From positions 1-32,058 of IMG/VR virus record IMGVR_UViG_3300022895_000020: a stretch of DNA of 32,058 nucleotides; one strand, 5' to 3'. The notes under the pieces were generated by a model. That model was given only the letters and a program-made list of their open reading frames with translations, ran no database searches and was not told where the DNA came from. The position numbers and the translations under genes were made by a program. Positions 1 to 9,984 of the stretch are shown one piece after another. Source of the stretch: a virus. Its lineage: Duplodnaviria; Caudoviricetes. Within the stretch, counting starts at the first letter, position 1; every line of letters begins with the position of its first letter.

Positions 1-497
1 TTAATGAATCTTCCTTTTAAAGTGCTGCTTACCATCGCTTCGTAGATTGGAGTATCTTTTTGTAATGTAAGATTACCAGTTAACGTCCCACCAGTGTTAT
101 TTAATTTATTTGTTAAATCAGTATTTAATTTAGTGATCTGGTCCGCTAATGTCTTTCCGTACCTGGCATCAAGCGCAAATCCCGATGCTGTGGTCTGTCC
201 GTTATTAACCAGTTTGCTGAGTGTAAGCAATGTGTCCTTTATGGCAATAAAGTCTTGGATAAACTTTCTAATTTTGCCTAGAAAGGTTTTACTACTCTCA
301 CCAGCACTGGGCACCGGAAATTCTGTTGCTATGGCATCTACGGTCTTTATGGTGGTATCTGAAATATCTCCGCCAGATGTGTTAGCTTTCTTGTTGATTT
401 CGATGTCCAGAGTCTCAAAATTTTCAGTGATATCCACTATATCAATCGGATCCCCGCCTTCAGGAATCTTCATATTAAGGTTCTGTGTATATTTCAT
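1..497 (-). CDS. Tail fibre protein, N-terminal part (runs off window; absent from ORF track)
   Basis: Manual translation from ATG at 497 after an AAGGAGG RBS: MKYTQNLNMKIPEGGDPIDIVDITENFETLD...GFALDARYGKTLADQITKLN...GGTLTGNL; open to position 1; follows the XkdU-like gene. Confidence 0.8.
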   Translation of the reverse strand, partial: MKYTQNLNMKIPEGGDPIDIVDITENFETLDIEINKKANTSGGDISDTTIKTVDAIATEFPVPSAGESSKTFLGKIRKFIQDFIAIKDTLLTLSKLVNNGQTTASGFALDARYGKTLADQITKLNTDLTNKLNNTGGTLTGNLTLQKDTPIYEAMVSSTLKGRFI

Positions 498-504
498 ACT
501 TCGA

Positions 505-1119
505 TCATGCCTCCTTCAATGTTCTGATGCTGTCCCAGGTAAAGCCTGAAACACTGGTCCAGCTTCGGTTGATCAGTTCTCCCCAGGTTGTGTAACGATA
601 CTCAAAGGAATAGGACAGGTGTGCGGGTTTGATATCTTCCAACATAGCGATGAACGCATTCATGTTTCGAGGTATGCCTTTAACGCCTATAAACCGCACG
701 ATAAAGTGATAGTTCGGATTATCTTCAATCACCTGAATCTCTCCACCTGAAAATGTCTCCGCAGTTTCCTGTATCATCTGAGCAGTTGTGGTTCCCTGCC
801 CCCGGAGCTTGGCCACAAGGATTTCCCGGCGCTGCTCATAGGAAAGGGCCATATTAGTTACCAGCCCATAGACTTGCTCCCAGCGGGTCAGCCCCCAGGT
901 TGCAGTTGAGATAAAGCACTGATCCAGCAGATCAGAAAGCTCATGTTCCAGCAACCCAACCGCATAGCCTTCCGTTTCATAAATGGCCTTCAGCTCCCGG
1001 ATCTCCGCCAGGAAGGGAGGGGCATATCGTGCCAGGTCTACATAGTAGTCTTTCTGTTCCTCATCGGTGTTTTTCTCCTGGGCGTACTGGATCAAGCCAT
1101 ATTTATTTATTCCATACAT
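505..1119 (-). CDS. xkdU: Baseplate wedge protein, XkdU/YmfQ (DUF2313) family
   Basis: Motifs DQCFISTATWGLTRWE, YEQRREILVAKLRG.GTTT, IKPAHL; position after the baseplate J gene. Confidence 0.88.
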   Translation of the reverse strand: MYGINKYGLIQYAQEKNTDEEQKDYYVDLARYAPPFLAEIRELKAIYETEGYAVGLLEHELSDLLDQCFISTATWGLTRWEQVYGLVTNMALSYEQRREILVAKLRGQGTTTAQMIQETAETFSGGEIQVIEDNPNYHFIVRFIGVKGIPRNMNAFIAMLEDIKPAHLSYSFEYRYTTWGELINRSWTSVSGFTWDSIRTLKEA

Positions 1120-1122
1120 GGC

Positions 1123-3309
1123 TTACACCCCCTTCAGATCGTCCCAGGTCAGGCCGGTCTTTTTTAGATATGCGCTGTCATGATTGTGAGTCTTGGCCGC
1201 TGCGTCCGTGATCCCGTATCCGGCCAGATTGGTGGGATTGGTACCACCGGTCACGTGCCCCTGGGCGTTAACTGTCACTGAGCGGTATGTACCCGCCGTT
1301 ACGCCGCTGTTCGGATGTGCATAGACCGTATCTGTAAACTTGGCGCCTGATGGCACATCCGCATTCACTGTATGGCCATTTACGGTGTCGGCATTGCCAC
1401 CTTCGGCGGGTATTGAAGACGGAAAGTCCGTAATATCAGCCTTTGCATGGACATGGGAAGTAGCCGCTGCTCCCACTTGTGCCGCTGTCACGCTATGCGG
1501 GTTACTCTTATTACTTACATGGGTGTAAGCGGCATTCCAATTGTTAAGCAATATCTGAGTGATGGTATCTAATACGCTCTTATTTGCATGAGTGTGATTC
1601 TGGCTAGTGTCGATATCAGCGGCCGTTATATACCCCGTATCATTCTCAAACTCAGACACCTTGGTTGACATATCGGTTATCTGTGACTTGGTGTGCATGT
1701 GCGCTGCAGGGGCGAAACTGGTCGGCTTTCCGGAGATCTCACTCCAAGCATAACCTGGTTTAGTAGATGCTTTCGCCCAAGCCGATACATCGGAAGCTGG
1801 CAGGGATGTTGGTTTATTTTTAATAAAGGCGTCTGAGGTCGTATCCGTTACATAAAAATCCGCCTGTACGTTTACCTCGGCACCAGTAGCAATACCAGCC
1901 AGCTTATTCTTATCAACGCTTGTATAGTCGTTTGTGGAAAGCCCCTTTCCAGGTACCGTATCTACCTTATCAGAAACCGTATTCCATGCTGCCCGCTCCA
2001 CAGCCGTTACATGTTTCACTGCGTCAGAAATATGGGTATATGCAGCATTCCAGTTTGTGATCAGTGCAGAAGTGATTCCGTCAAGAATAGTCTTGTTGGA
2101 ATGGGAATGCTTCTTGCTGTCCGCATCGTTCCAATTGGTTCGTTCCGTTGCTGTGATGTGCTTCACTGCATCACTGATGTGGACAAAGGCGGCATTCCAG
2201 TTATCTAGCAGGGCCTGCGTAATCGTATCCAAAATCCCCTTATTTTCATGTTCATGCCTTTTTCCGTATGCTTCGTTCCACTGAATCAACAGCGTCTCTG
2301 TGACCTTATCAATGGTGGCCTTATTCCCGTGGGTATGCTTTTTACTATTTGCATCGTCATAGGCAGCCTTGTCCTCCTTGGCTAAAAGCCCGTCCACGCT
2401 TTGAGTGGCCTTGGGGATGGCGTTGGCCGATATGACCACCCATACCGTACCGTTGTAACGGTAGGTGTAGTCCGTATCCTTCACATTGACAGTCCAACCG
2501 TCCTGCGGATTTGGATAAGCTCCCGCAATATCCGCATAGCTGTTGACTGTTTCTTTCCAGTCAATGGCATTCTCCAGGGCAGCAAATTTATTGTCCACCT
2601 CATTTCTGGTATACTTATCATCCCAGTTTGGCTTGTTACTCTGAATGGTACCTCTTATGGATTCTTCAGCGGCAATAGCCCTGGTCTTTTCCGCTGACAG
2701 GTTTTCTGTCAGAGTGTTTTCAGCAGCCTTTGCCCTTGTTGTCTCTGCGGTGAGATTATCATCATTGATCTTTTCGGCAGCTTTTGCCCGGGTAATTTCT
2801 GCGGTCAGGTTTCCTGAAAGCTCCTGCTCTGCTCCCTTGGCCCGGCTGATCTCTGCGGACAGGTTTCCGGCTACCGCCTGCTCTGCTTTTTTCGCTCTGG
2901 CCACCTCTTCTACCAGATCTTCGGCAATATTCTGTTCTGACTCCCCGGCCCGATTGATTTCTTCGTTAACCGCTTCCTGGGTACGGACCATTTCATCCTG
3001 CAGCTGGTTGACGTCATCCGCCTCTACGGTATCCCCTTCGGCCTCATAGCTGATATAGACCGTAGGCACATCTGCATAAACCCTTATAACTTTCTTCCAG
3101 GGAGCAAGGCTTGGCGTAGAAATTACATAGGTCTGGATCCTCTCCCCTGTCAATTTGGGACCGGTATAAACAGAAAGGGTGGAGGTATTAATGTTATCGT
3201 GCTGCAGTGGGGCATCATACACGCCTCCTGTCAGCTCCACCTGTTCCTCCACCACATAGATATTTCCATCTATTTTGTTTAACTTTTCATAAAATCTACA
3301 GATCTCCAC
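1123..3309 (-). CDS. Repeat-rich tail fibre/baseplate-associated protein (728 aa)
   Basis: GTG start abutting the XkdT stop; coiled-coil EI.RAK.AE repeats, H.H.NK..LD.IT repeats, C-terminal HxH motifs and a GTYRSVTVNAQGHVTGG...YGITDA fibre motif. Confidence 0.8.
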   Translation of the reverse strand: MEICRFYEKLNKIDGNIYVVEEQVELTGGVYDAPLQHDNINTSTLSVYTGPKLTGERIQTYVISTPSLAPWKKVIRVYADVPTVYISYEAEGDTVEADDVNQLQDEMVRTQEAVNEEINRAGESEQNIAEDLVEEVARAKKAEQAVAGNLSAEISRAKGAEQELSGNLTAEITRAKAAEKINDDNLTAETTRAKAAENTLTENLSAEKTRAIAAEESIRGTIQSNKPNWDDKYTRNEVDNKFAALENAIDWKETVNSYADIAGAYPNPQDGWTVNVKDTDYTYRYNGTVWVVISANAIPKATQSVDGLLAKEDKAAYDDANSKKHTHGNKATIDKVTETLLIQWNEAYGKRHEHENKGILDTITQALLDNWNAAFVHISDAVKHITATERTNWNDADSKKHSHSNKTILDGITSALITNWNAAYTHISDAVKHVTAVERAAWNTVSDKVDTVPGKGLSTNDYTSVDKNKLAGIATGAEVNVQADFYVTDTTSDAFIKNKPTSLPASDVSAWAKASTKPGYAWSEISGKPTSFAPAAHMHTKSQITDMSTKVSEFENDTGYITAADIDTSQNHTHANKSVLDTITQILLNNWNAAYTHVSNKSNPHSVTAAQVGAAATSHVHAKADITDFPSSIPAEGGNADTVNGHTVNADVPSGAKFTDTVYAHPNSGVTAGTYRSVTVNAQGHVTGGTNPTNLAGYGITDAAAKTHNHDSAYLKKTGLTWDDLKGV

Positions 3310-4332
3310 CTATATCACCTCCAAGGTAATAGTGCCAGGTACGGCGATTTCCTCATCCTGCAGCTCCTGGTTGCCGGCTGCGCCATTGATCAGAAGACTT
3401 GTAAAGTCCTCCACCCCTGCTGTGTTAAGCAGCAGATTTCCGACCTTTGCCACACTGATATATGAAACGTCAAAAGCATTCTCCTGCAGATATTCCGTAA
3501 GTGCATCTTCAAACAGATTCTGGACTGTACCTAGATTCAGCCCGTTTTTCAGCTTGATGCCGGCAGACACATTGATTTCCTTTTCTGTTGCCGACACTAC
3601 TGACACATCCGCTCCGATGGGGCGTACACTTTCAATGTGATCTGCAACCAGGGCCACCAAGCCAGCGCCGGCGCCGGATCGGTTGGAATCCGCAATCACC
3701 ACCTTCACGGTACCGGAGCCGCCTGCCAGAGGAAATACCTTTGCAGCACCTACTCCTTTGCATTCCATGGCCCAGTTATAATAATCATACCGATTCCCTC
3801 CGGTAGATGGCTTTTGCAGTTTTGTAAGGATACGTTCTCTCAAACTCTTGTCCGTTTCTTCCGCCTCTCCTGGTGATAACAGTTCTGTCAATTCCGCCCT
3901 AGTCAATCCATTAATATAGTCAACAGGCACAAGAGATCCCAACTTACTATTTGGGCCTGTACCCGCAACTTCACATTGTAATCTGTATATGCCTTCTCCT
4001 AGTCTCTCCAGTACTGTATAGTTGAGCATATCCAGAGAAAACCGACTGCCGATGGTGATATCCATATTAAACTCACCTTTTAATTCTGCATAAGTGGCCG
4101 CTTTCGGATAGATCTTCCTCTCTTTCCCCAGACGGATCAGGTATTCACGGTCTGCAGTATCCGCATAAGCTTCCTTCAATACTGTATCCAATTCAATATA
4201 CATGATGGCAAGCTCCGCCGCAGCCGGGGCAATGGCCGTATAGATAATGGAACCTTCCCTTCTATCAAGTTCGGCTGGTACCCGGTTAAGTAGCCTCTTT
4301 AAAATAACTTCATAGGTTACATCCTCATACAT
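3310..4332 (-). CDS. xkdT: Baseplate J/gp47 family protein (XkdT)
   Basis: DRREGSIIY..APAA.ELA, GGN..DY..WA....GV, RPIGADV motifs. Confidence 0.92.
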   Translation of the reverse strand: MYEDVTYEVILKRLLNRVPAELDRREGSIIYTAIAPAAAELAIMYIELDTVLKEAYADTADREYLIRLGKERKIYPKAATYAELKGEFNMDITIGSRFSLDMLNYTVLERLGEGIYRLQCEVAGTGPNSKLGSLVPVDYINGLTRAELTELLSPGEAEETDKSLRERILTKLQKPSTGGNRYDYYNWAMECKGVGAAKVFPLAGGSGTVKVVIADSNRSGAGAGLVALVADHIESVRPIGADVSVVSATEKEINVSAGIKLKNGLNLGTVQNLFEDALTEYLQENAFDVSYISVAKVGNLLLNTAGVEDFTSLLINGAAGNQELQDEEIAVPGTITLEVI

Positions 4333-4334
4333 AT

Positions 4335-4736
4335 CTAAACACTCACCTCTTTCTCAGCGTTGATATCTCCTATGGAAGTATGTATCGTGAACTTCGCAAG
4401 GAGCTTCCGGCCGGTTACTTCAAAAGAAAAAGCATCAACGCTTAGGATCCTGTCATCCTGCATCAATGCTTCTTTTATCCGCTTTTTTAGTTTAGACTTC
4501 ACAAGCCCAATGGACTGGCCAAATAACCGATCCAGCTCCACACCGTAATTCCAACTGTAGATCAACCATTCAAAACGCTCTGTATGAAGCGTACAATATA
4601 CAACCTGTCGGATTGCTTCTAGGCCATCTGTCATTTCAGTAATCCGCTGATTCCCTATATCAACCTTGAAGGTTTTAGACGGTTGCTGGACGATTTCAAA
4701 ATCCTGTTTTAGAATACTTCCTGATTCAGGGAGCAT
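4335..4736 (-). CDS. xkdS: Baseplate protein XkdS/DUF2634 (gp25-like)
   Basis: LHTERFEWLIYSWNYGVEL, RIKEALMQDDRI motifs; ATG at 4736 has an AAGGAG RBS (track start 4745). Confidence 0.88.
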   Translation of the reverse strand: MLPESGSILKQDFEIVQQPSKTFKVDIGNQRITEMTDGLEAIRQVVYCTLHTERFEWLIYSWNYGVELDRLFGQSIGLVKSKLKKRIKEALMQDDRILSVDAFSFEVTGRKLLAKFTIHTSIGDINAEKEVSV

Positions 4737-4751
4737 GTCGCACACTCCTTT

Positions 4752-5066
4752 CTACCACCGGTCGATAACTGCATACTGCTGTCCGCCTCGCTTTTGCAAC
4801 ATGAGAACTCTTTGGCCAGACTGTAAGCCGCCTTTCACCGTGACTGAAACTTCTCCTATTCCTGGAATGGCCATCTGCTCCGTACGATCCGTTAAATGCT
4901 CTGGTACGAGAATCTGATCGCCGGAAAGGATAGTCTTCTGATCTATCTGCACTGATAAGGGAGAAACCTTCGTTACAGTGCCCGGAATAATGTCACAGGG
5001 ATCCCCTTCCTCCATGGCTTTTAGGACGATCCTTTTCATATTCTCTACCCAAGCTGCATCAGCCAT
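4752..5066 (-). CDS. xkdR: XkdR/DUF2577 family baseplate spike-like protein
   Basis: GTVTKVSPLSVQID and GGQQYAVIDR motifs; synteny. Confidence 0.85.
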   Translation of the reverse strand: MADAAWVENMKRIVLKAMEEGDPCDIIPGTVTKVSPLSVQIDQKTILSGDQILVPEHLTDRTEQMAIPGIGEVSVTVKGGLQSGQRVLMLQKRGGQQYAVIDRW

Positions 5067-6015
5067 TTATCCCAACTCCTCTCAGCGTTAAATCCATGGT
5101 ATGAATCCCCTCATCAATCTTATGAGTGACGGATTCTACCAACAAATAGTTTTTCAGTTCCATTTCTTTTATATCTAAAAATACCGGAATCAGGCAGCCG
5201 GCTCTTACCCTTATATCCCCAAACGCTTTTTTAATGCTTAAGCTCCTTGAAGGACGGTTATAAAGGCTTAAATACCTCTCAGCCACTGCTTGACCGTTCA
5301 CGCCATTCTCAATAGATACATCCTTTTGAAGGATTCCCCATTTATTGATTGTTCCAGTATCTTTTGTCATGTAGATATCACGTTTCTTTGTTTTGTTGTT
5401 GTCATAATAGACCTTGATCTGGTTATAGGTATCGCTGTCAATACTGATTTTATAATCATAGTCCTGGGCTGTGCTGCTATCAATCATGATATTTAGCTTC
5501 ATATTCTCCACGTCGTTCAGTACCAGCTTCCCGGCATCGTCATACAATACATACATCTTTCCGGTATGGATCAAAGTTAAGTCTGAAGAATCCAAAATAA
5601 TATCAAACAGAGTTTTGTCCTGCCTGTTCCTGGACAGCTTATATCCGGTATCAGCAAGGGAGCCGGTACGCAGGTTATAATCCCAGGCGATCATCATAAT
5701 CACTTCCCCGGTTGACAGATTGAAATAATTATAGCTGTTTGTGTTCATTAAATACCGAAGCTGATCATAAGCTGTAACTTGCATTTGTCCGTAACAATTC
5801 CAGCTTCGTTCAAAAATGAAACCGAAAAACACAGTCTTCCCATTTACTTCAAAACGTATTGCATTCCCTTCCTCAATCTTAAGTGTATTATCTGGCATAA
5901 TTGTGAAAGTGCATTTCCCAGGCCGGCCTTTGCGTTGCGACTCCCAAGTGATACTTCCCTGTATTACCGGCTCATATACGGTCTGACCATTCTGGATATA
6001 TAAATGTGTTTCCAT
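5059..6015 (-). CDS. xkdQ: XkdQ/YqbQ-like baseplate hub protein
   Basis: VFFGFIF, AYDQLRYL, SIDSDTYNQIK, WGILQ, GDIRVRAG motifs. Confidence 0.87.
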   Translation of the reverse strand: METHLYIQNGQTVYEPVIQGSITWESQRKGRPGKCTFTIMPDNTLKIEEGNAIRFEVNGKTVFFGFIFERSWNCYGQMQVTAYDQLRYLMNTNSYNYFNLSTGEVIMMIAWDYNLRTGSLADTGYKLSRNRQDKTLFDIILDSSDLTLIHTGKMYVLYDDAGKLVLNDVENMKLNIMIDSSTAQDYDYKISIDSDTYNQIKVYYDNNKTKKRDIYMTKDTGTINKWGILQKDVSIENGVNGQAVAERYLSLYNRPSRSLSIKKAFGDIRVRAGCLIPVFLDIKEMELKNYLLVESVTHKIDEGIHTMDLTLRGVGING

Positions 6016-6025
6016 CTTCTACCTC

Positions 6026-6694
6026 CTATGGCATAGTAAGCACCTGATCGGGATATATCAGATTGGGACTTCTGATTTTATCTTTATTAAGATTGTATAT
6101 CTCCTGCCACCGACTTCCATTTCCCAGCTGTTTTTTTGCAATGGCCCAGAGACTATCGCCTTTTACAACCGTGTAGGTTTTTGATACAGGCGGTGTCCCC
6201 TGACGTTCCGGTTCAGGTACTGAGGTTGTTGGGACCGCCTGCTCTTCTACGATCACAAAGTTCATGATTTTAGTTCCATAGCTTTTATACTCTTTCATGG
6301 AAAGAGAAACAATGAGGTCTAATCCTTCCTTTACATCATCAGATACCTTGTAATCTTCCAAAGTTACATCCATGTTAGTATCAAAAAAACTGTTATTCCC
6401 CGGCCCGTCCCGGATTACGATAAATTCAAAGGAAGTCCCATCTTCTTTAAGTTCTTTCAATTTCTCCAAAAAATCTTCTGCATTTTCAAAGCTTCCATCC
6501 CATATCGCAAAAGGATAGTCCGTCTGAGGGATCACCACATCAAGGCTAATCTCTGCAAGTCCAGGGGGCCTAATCATATTTATCTCTTCCCCATTGATAA
6601 GGGTGGCAGTTTTATTCTGGCCAGTATATTTAATAGGGATCTTCTCTGGAGGCAGTGGGAGGAGCATATCATCAATATAAACTTCATAAGCCAT
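6026..6694 (-). CDS. xkdP: XkdP-like tail tube initiator with C-terminal LysM domain
   Basis: C-terminal YTVVKGDSLWAIAK...IYNLN...PNLIYPDQVL LysM; directly after the tape measure gene. Confidence 0.9.
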   Translation of the reverse strand: MAYEVYIDDMLLPLPPEKIPIKYTGQNKTATLINGEEINMIRPPGLAEISLDVVIPQTDYPFAIWDGSFENAEDFLEKLKELKEDGTSFEFIVIRDGPGNNSFFDTNMDVTLEDYKVSDDVKEGLDLIVSLSMKEYKSYGTKIMNFVIVEEQAVPTTSVPEPERQGTPPVSKTYTVVKGDSLWAIAKKQLGNGSRWQEIYNLNKDKIRSPNLIYPDQVLTMP

Positions 6695-9348
6695 TATAAA
6701 TGTCCTCCCTCTGCTGCTGTCGATAGAATCTCATCCGTTAGGTCATTTAACATACCATTCATCCGATCAAAGTCAGTCTCTGTTTTTAAGGTATTGTTAT
6801 TGGTAAGGTCAATCTTAAGCTCTGCGAGAGTAAACCGGTTAATAACCTCCTGCTCTGCCGCATCACGCATATATTTAATCTCTTCATCCAATGCGTCCAT
6901 AGTATCCGCCATGCGTGCCGTGTTGCCGGCAGTCTTCCCTGTGTTACCAGCTGTATCATTTAAGGCTGATGACATCCATGGATCGATTCCTGCTTCACCG
7001 GCACCTCCGTTAGCGCCTGTGCCTGCAAAAAACCCCTTTAGCTTGGCTTCTTTTTTTGCTCCCCATTCATAAGCCGATGATGCGGCATCGGTATAGCTAA
7101 TAAAATCTCTCTGGGCAACGATCTCTTTCCATCCTGATGCATCCTTCGCTTCCCTGGAAGCTGCTTTTATCTGATTTTGGAACCCATCAAGTCCAGCTGT
7201 GATATTTACCTCTACTCCCGGGATCTTGTTGATTACATTTTCTATTGCGTGAGCCATATTTGTAATATATCCTACTACCGTAGTTGCCAAGTCGTAGAAT
7301 AAAATTTTTACCGACGCTATGGGATCATTCCACACATTGTAAAAGAAATTAATAAAACTGGCAATCACGTTCCAGATGAAAATAAAATTATTCTGGATAT
7401 GTGCCGCTAAAACTCCAAATACCGCTGCTATAACACCGGTGGCGCTAACCGAGGTTCCGGCAAACTTATTTAAGGCACCTATTCCCATATAAATGACTGC
7501 AATTAAAGCAATAATAGCAAGCATGATCCAAGTGAGGGGGCAGGCAAGTAAGGCAGCATTAAATGCCAACTGGGATGTTGTCATTCCCGCAGTGGCTGCC
7601 ATCTCTGCGGTAATTGCGGCTCCATGTGCCGCTGAACTGATAGTACTTGCAGCTTTTATAGCATTGCTGATTCCTTGAACTATATTATTAATGGTAAGCG
7701 CTGCAGTATAAAACCCCACAGCAAACGCTACCCCTAAAATAACAGGAGAAATTATAGACCAGTTGTCTGCTATAAACCCGCCAACCGCGCCCATAACATC
7801 ATAGATCCCCATTGCCGTTCCCACAACAAAATCCATTGAATTTGCAATTGAGTTAAGAGCTTCTTCTACCTTTTTTCCAAAACCGATTACCATTTCCATC
7901 GTACTGGGTAAACCATGTGAAGCTAAGGCTGAATCAGTTTCGGTTATTATACTAACCCAACCTCTTGTGATTGCAGCGCGCATATTTGCAAAGGTTGTAG
8001 CCCATGTGTTGCCTGCCTCCTTAGCTGCTCCAGCTGATATCCCAGAATCCAATGCCTCAGATACCACGCTGATAAAGTTAGCAGCTGATATAGTGCCTTT
8101 ACTTAGATCTTTTTTTACGGCACCAACTGACTTGTTAACTGCCTGAGCATAAATTTCAGCAGCTCCTATGCCCGCATCAAAAAGACGATCCAACTGATCT
8201 GCTTCTACCTTGCCCTTACTGTACATTTTACCAATGGCATCTACTACGCTTTGTAGTTGTTCATTTGTACCTTCGCCGTAAAAGGAAACCGCATCAGCCC
8301 AAACACGTACCTGATTGGTTGCCGCACCAAGAGACATGCCTCTTGTTTGGAATCCCTGTGCAGATTTGCTCGCAACGTCAAGACCATACGCAGTGCCAAG
8401 GGTAGCGTCTTTTAACTGTTCTAATGCTGCCTTTGCTGCGTTGGAATCGCCTGTCAAAACAGTGATTGTTTTTTGAAAGCGGTTCATTGTATCAATTCGA
8501 TTAAACGCACCGCTTGTATTCATAACCCCGAGACTTCCAAGCGTGCTTTTAATCAGCCCAATGGTTTGATTAGCAACAATAATTCCTTTCTGCCAGCCTT
8601 TAAACCCTTCTGAAACCTGCGCTACATAACCATTACATTGATTGACCGCACTGTTAAAACGGCCCTGTTCGCTTGTGTTATCACGAATGTTCCGCTCTAC
8701 CTGCCCCATGATCGAATCAAGTTTCTGGTATGCCGTATTGGCCTCACTGATATCCATTCGCCCCATTGCCTGATTCAATGATTCCTGGACCGTTACCACA
8801 GAGCCAAGCTTTCCGCGAAGAGATTCCAGTTCATTATTAACCTGATCCGTTCTTAAATTCACCGGTATGTTATTGAGCTCCTGAACCCTTAAGGATAATG
8901 CCTGCACCCGGTTTTCCATAGAAGCCATATCATTTAGCATTCCTAATGGCGTCACTCTCATGCTCCTGGCCTGGTCAGATATGGCCTTCTGGCTTTCATA
9001 TAGCTGCCTTGCCATCTGATCGGCTGCTTGGTACTCCGCCTGAAAACGATCGGCACCAGAGTTCATGAAAACGCCTAATGCTGCTGTGCTATTCCAAGCT
9101 GGTTCTGGAGGGGTGGGAGGCGGAGTGGTTGCGACTCTTTCCACCTCTTCCCGATACCTGGCCATTTCAGCCGATGCTTCTGCGATTCCCTGCCTTGCCG
9201 CATCTATGGAAGCAGCATTTAGTCCTGCATCAGACGCCGCCTGTGCCTGCTCAAAGGTAGAGAGCATAATAGACATTGATTGTGTGATGTTGTTTAATAT
9301 CCCTGACATTCGATCCTGCAGTTGAATTGAAGTTTGTAATCCTGCCAC
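6694..9348 (-). CDS. Tail tape measure protein
   Basis: 884 aa Ala/Gly-rich helical protein with a hydrophobic region (NAALLACPLTWI); between chaperone and LysM genes. Confidence 0.92.
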   Translation of the reverse strand: MAGLQTSIQLQDRMSGILNNITQSMSIMLSTFEQAQAASDAGLNAASIDAARQGIAEASAEMARYREEVERVATTPPPTPPEPAWNSTAALGVFMNSGADRFQAEYQAADQMARQLYESQKAISDQARSMRVTPLGMLNDMASMENRVQALSLRVQELNNIPVNLRTDQVNNELESLRGKLGSVVTVQESLNQAMGRMDISEANTAYQKLDSIMGQVERNIRDNTSEQGRFNSAVNQCNGYVAQVSEGFKGWQKGIIVANQTIGLIKSTLGSLGVMNTSGAFNRIDTMNRFQKTITVLTGDSNAAKAALEQLKDATLGTAYGLDVASKSAQGFQTRGMSLGAATNQVRVWADAVSFYGEGTNEQLQSVVDAIGKMYSKGKVEADQLDRLFDAGIGAAEIYAQAVNKSVGAVKKDLSKGTISAANFISVVSEALDSGISAGAAKEAGNTWATTFANMRAAITRGWVSIITETDSALASHGLPSTMEMVIGFGKKVEEALNSIANSMDFVVGTAMGIYDVMGAVGGFIADNWSIISPVILGVAFAVGFYTAALTINNIVQGISNAIKAASTISSAAHGAAITAEMAATAGMTTSQLAFNAALLACPLTWIMLAIIALIAVIYMGIGALNKFAGTSVSATGVIAAVFGVLAAHIQNNFIFIWNVIASFINFFYNVWNDPIASVKILFYDLATTVVGYITNMAHAIENVINKIPGVEVNITAGLDGFQNQIKAASREAKDASGWKEIVAQRDFISYTDAASSAYEWGAKKEAKLKGFFAGTGANGGAGEAGIDPWMSSALNDTAGNTGKTAGNTARMADTMDALDEEIKYMRDAAEQEVINRFTLAELKIDLTNNNTLKTETDFDRMNGMLNDLTDEILSTAAEGGHL

Positions 9349-9354
9349 TTCTTC

Positions 9355-9534
9355 CTACCCCCTTTTCCTTCTGGCCCTGGCGGCATCCTTCTTGTCGTTT
9401 TTAATCTTCATCTCGACCGCTGCAATGACAACAGCTTTCTCATAACGAGGAAGCCCCAAGTACTCATGGGGCCACTTGTGAAGCTTGTGGAGGCAATAGT
9501 AAGCGATGTTTGCTTCCAAATCGCCTCCTTCCAT
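9355..9534 (-). CDS. Tail assembly chaperone C-terminal (-1 frame, gpT-like) segment, 59 aa; not in ORF track
   Basis: MEGGDLEANIAYYCLHKLHKWPHEYLGLPRYEKAVVIAAVEMKIK...; in the -1 frame relative to the XkdN-like ORF, behind the A AAA AAC heptamer. Confidence 0.8.
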   Translation of the reverse strand: MEGGDLEANIAYYCLHKLHKWPHEYLGLPRYEKAVVIAAVEMKIKNDKKDAARARRKRG

Positions 9535-9962
9535 TAGTTTTTTGCTTCTTCCACCAGATCTTCCAGTGCAATATCAAAGCCGTTCACTTCCTGTACCTTA
9601 GATAAATACTCCCGATACTCTCCCGGCGTAAGCATCTTTTTAAGCAAGGCCTCTGCTCCCATTACCTGATAGGAATCCTGAAGCTCCTTGTTGTTAAGAT
9701 CGGGAAACACCGTACAAGCCACAGCCAGTCTGCCAACATACTGATCATAGTCTGTTTCCGGCATGTAGGCTCCCTTTTTCCCAGGGATCGGCCTCCGCTT
9801 TGTACATTCCTTTTTAATCAGCTCATCCTGCTCCGAAGTGATGCACTTGACTTCCCATTCCACCGGCTTCTTATCTTTATCCATAAATCTCTTAGACGCT
9901 GCATACTTCACATTCTCCACGGTCACAGCATTCTGACTTAAAAAACAACTTAAATCTCCCAT
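9534..9962 (-). CDS. xkdN: Tail assembly chaperone, XkdN-like
   Basis: PDLNNKELQDSY.VMGAE.LL..ML.PGEY, VQEVNGF, EEAKN C-terminus. Confidence 0.9.
   Translation of the reverse strand: MGDLSCFLSQNAVTVENVKYAASKRFMDKDKKPVEWEVKCITSEQDELIKKECTKRRPIPGKKGAYMPETDYDQYVGRLAVACTVFPDLNNKELQDSYQVMGAEALLKKMLTPGEYREYLSKVQEVNGFDIALEDLVEEAKN
9537..9543 (-). other. Programmed -1 ribosomal frameshift heptamer A AAA AAC
   Basis: GCA AAA AAC TAA at the end of the chaperone ORF fits X XXY YYZ, with an open -1 frame to 9355. Confidence 0.8.
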
Positions 9963-9984
9963 ATTTTCTTATCCTCTCTTTCTT

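Noticed and set aside
94-549. 151-aa plus-strand ORF in the track
   Set aside because: Antisense shadow of the tail fibre gene starting at 497 on the minus strand; no RBS or recognisable motif
1-3309. Diversity-generating retroelement or invertible fibre cassette
   Set aside because: The repeats are protein-level and diverge at synonymous sites, not adenine-specifically; no reverse transcriptase or invertase in the window
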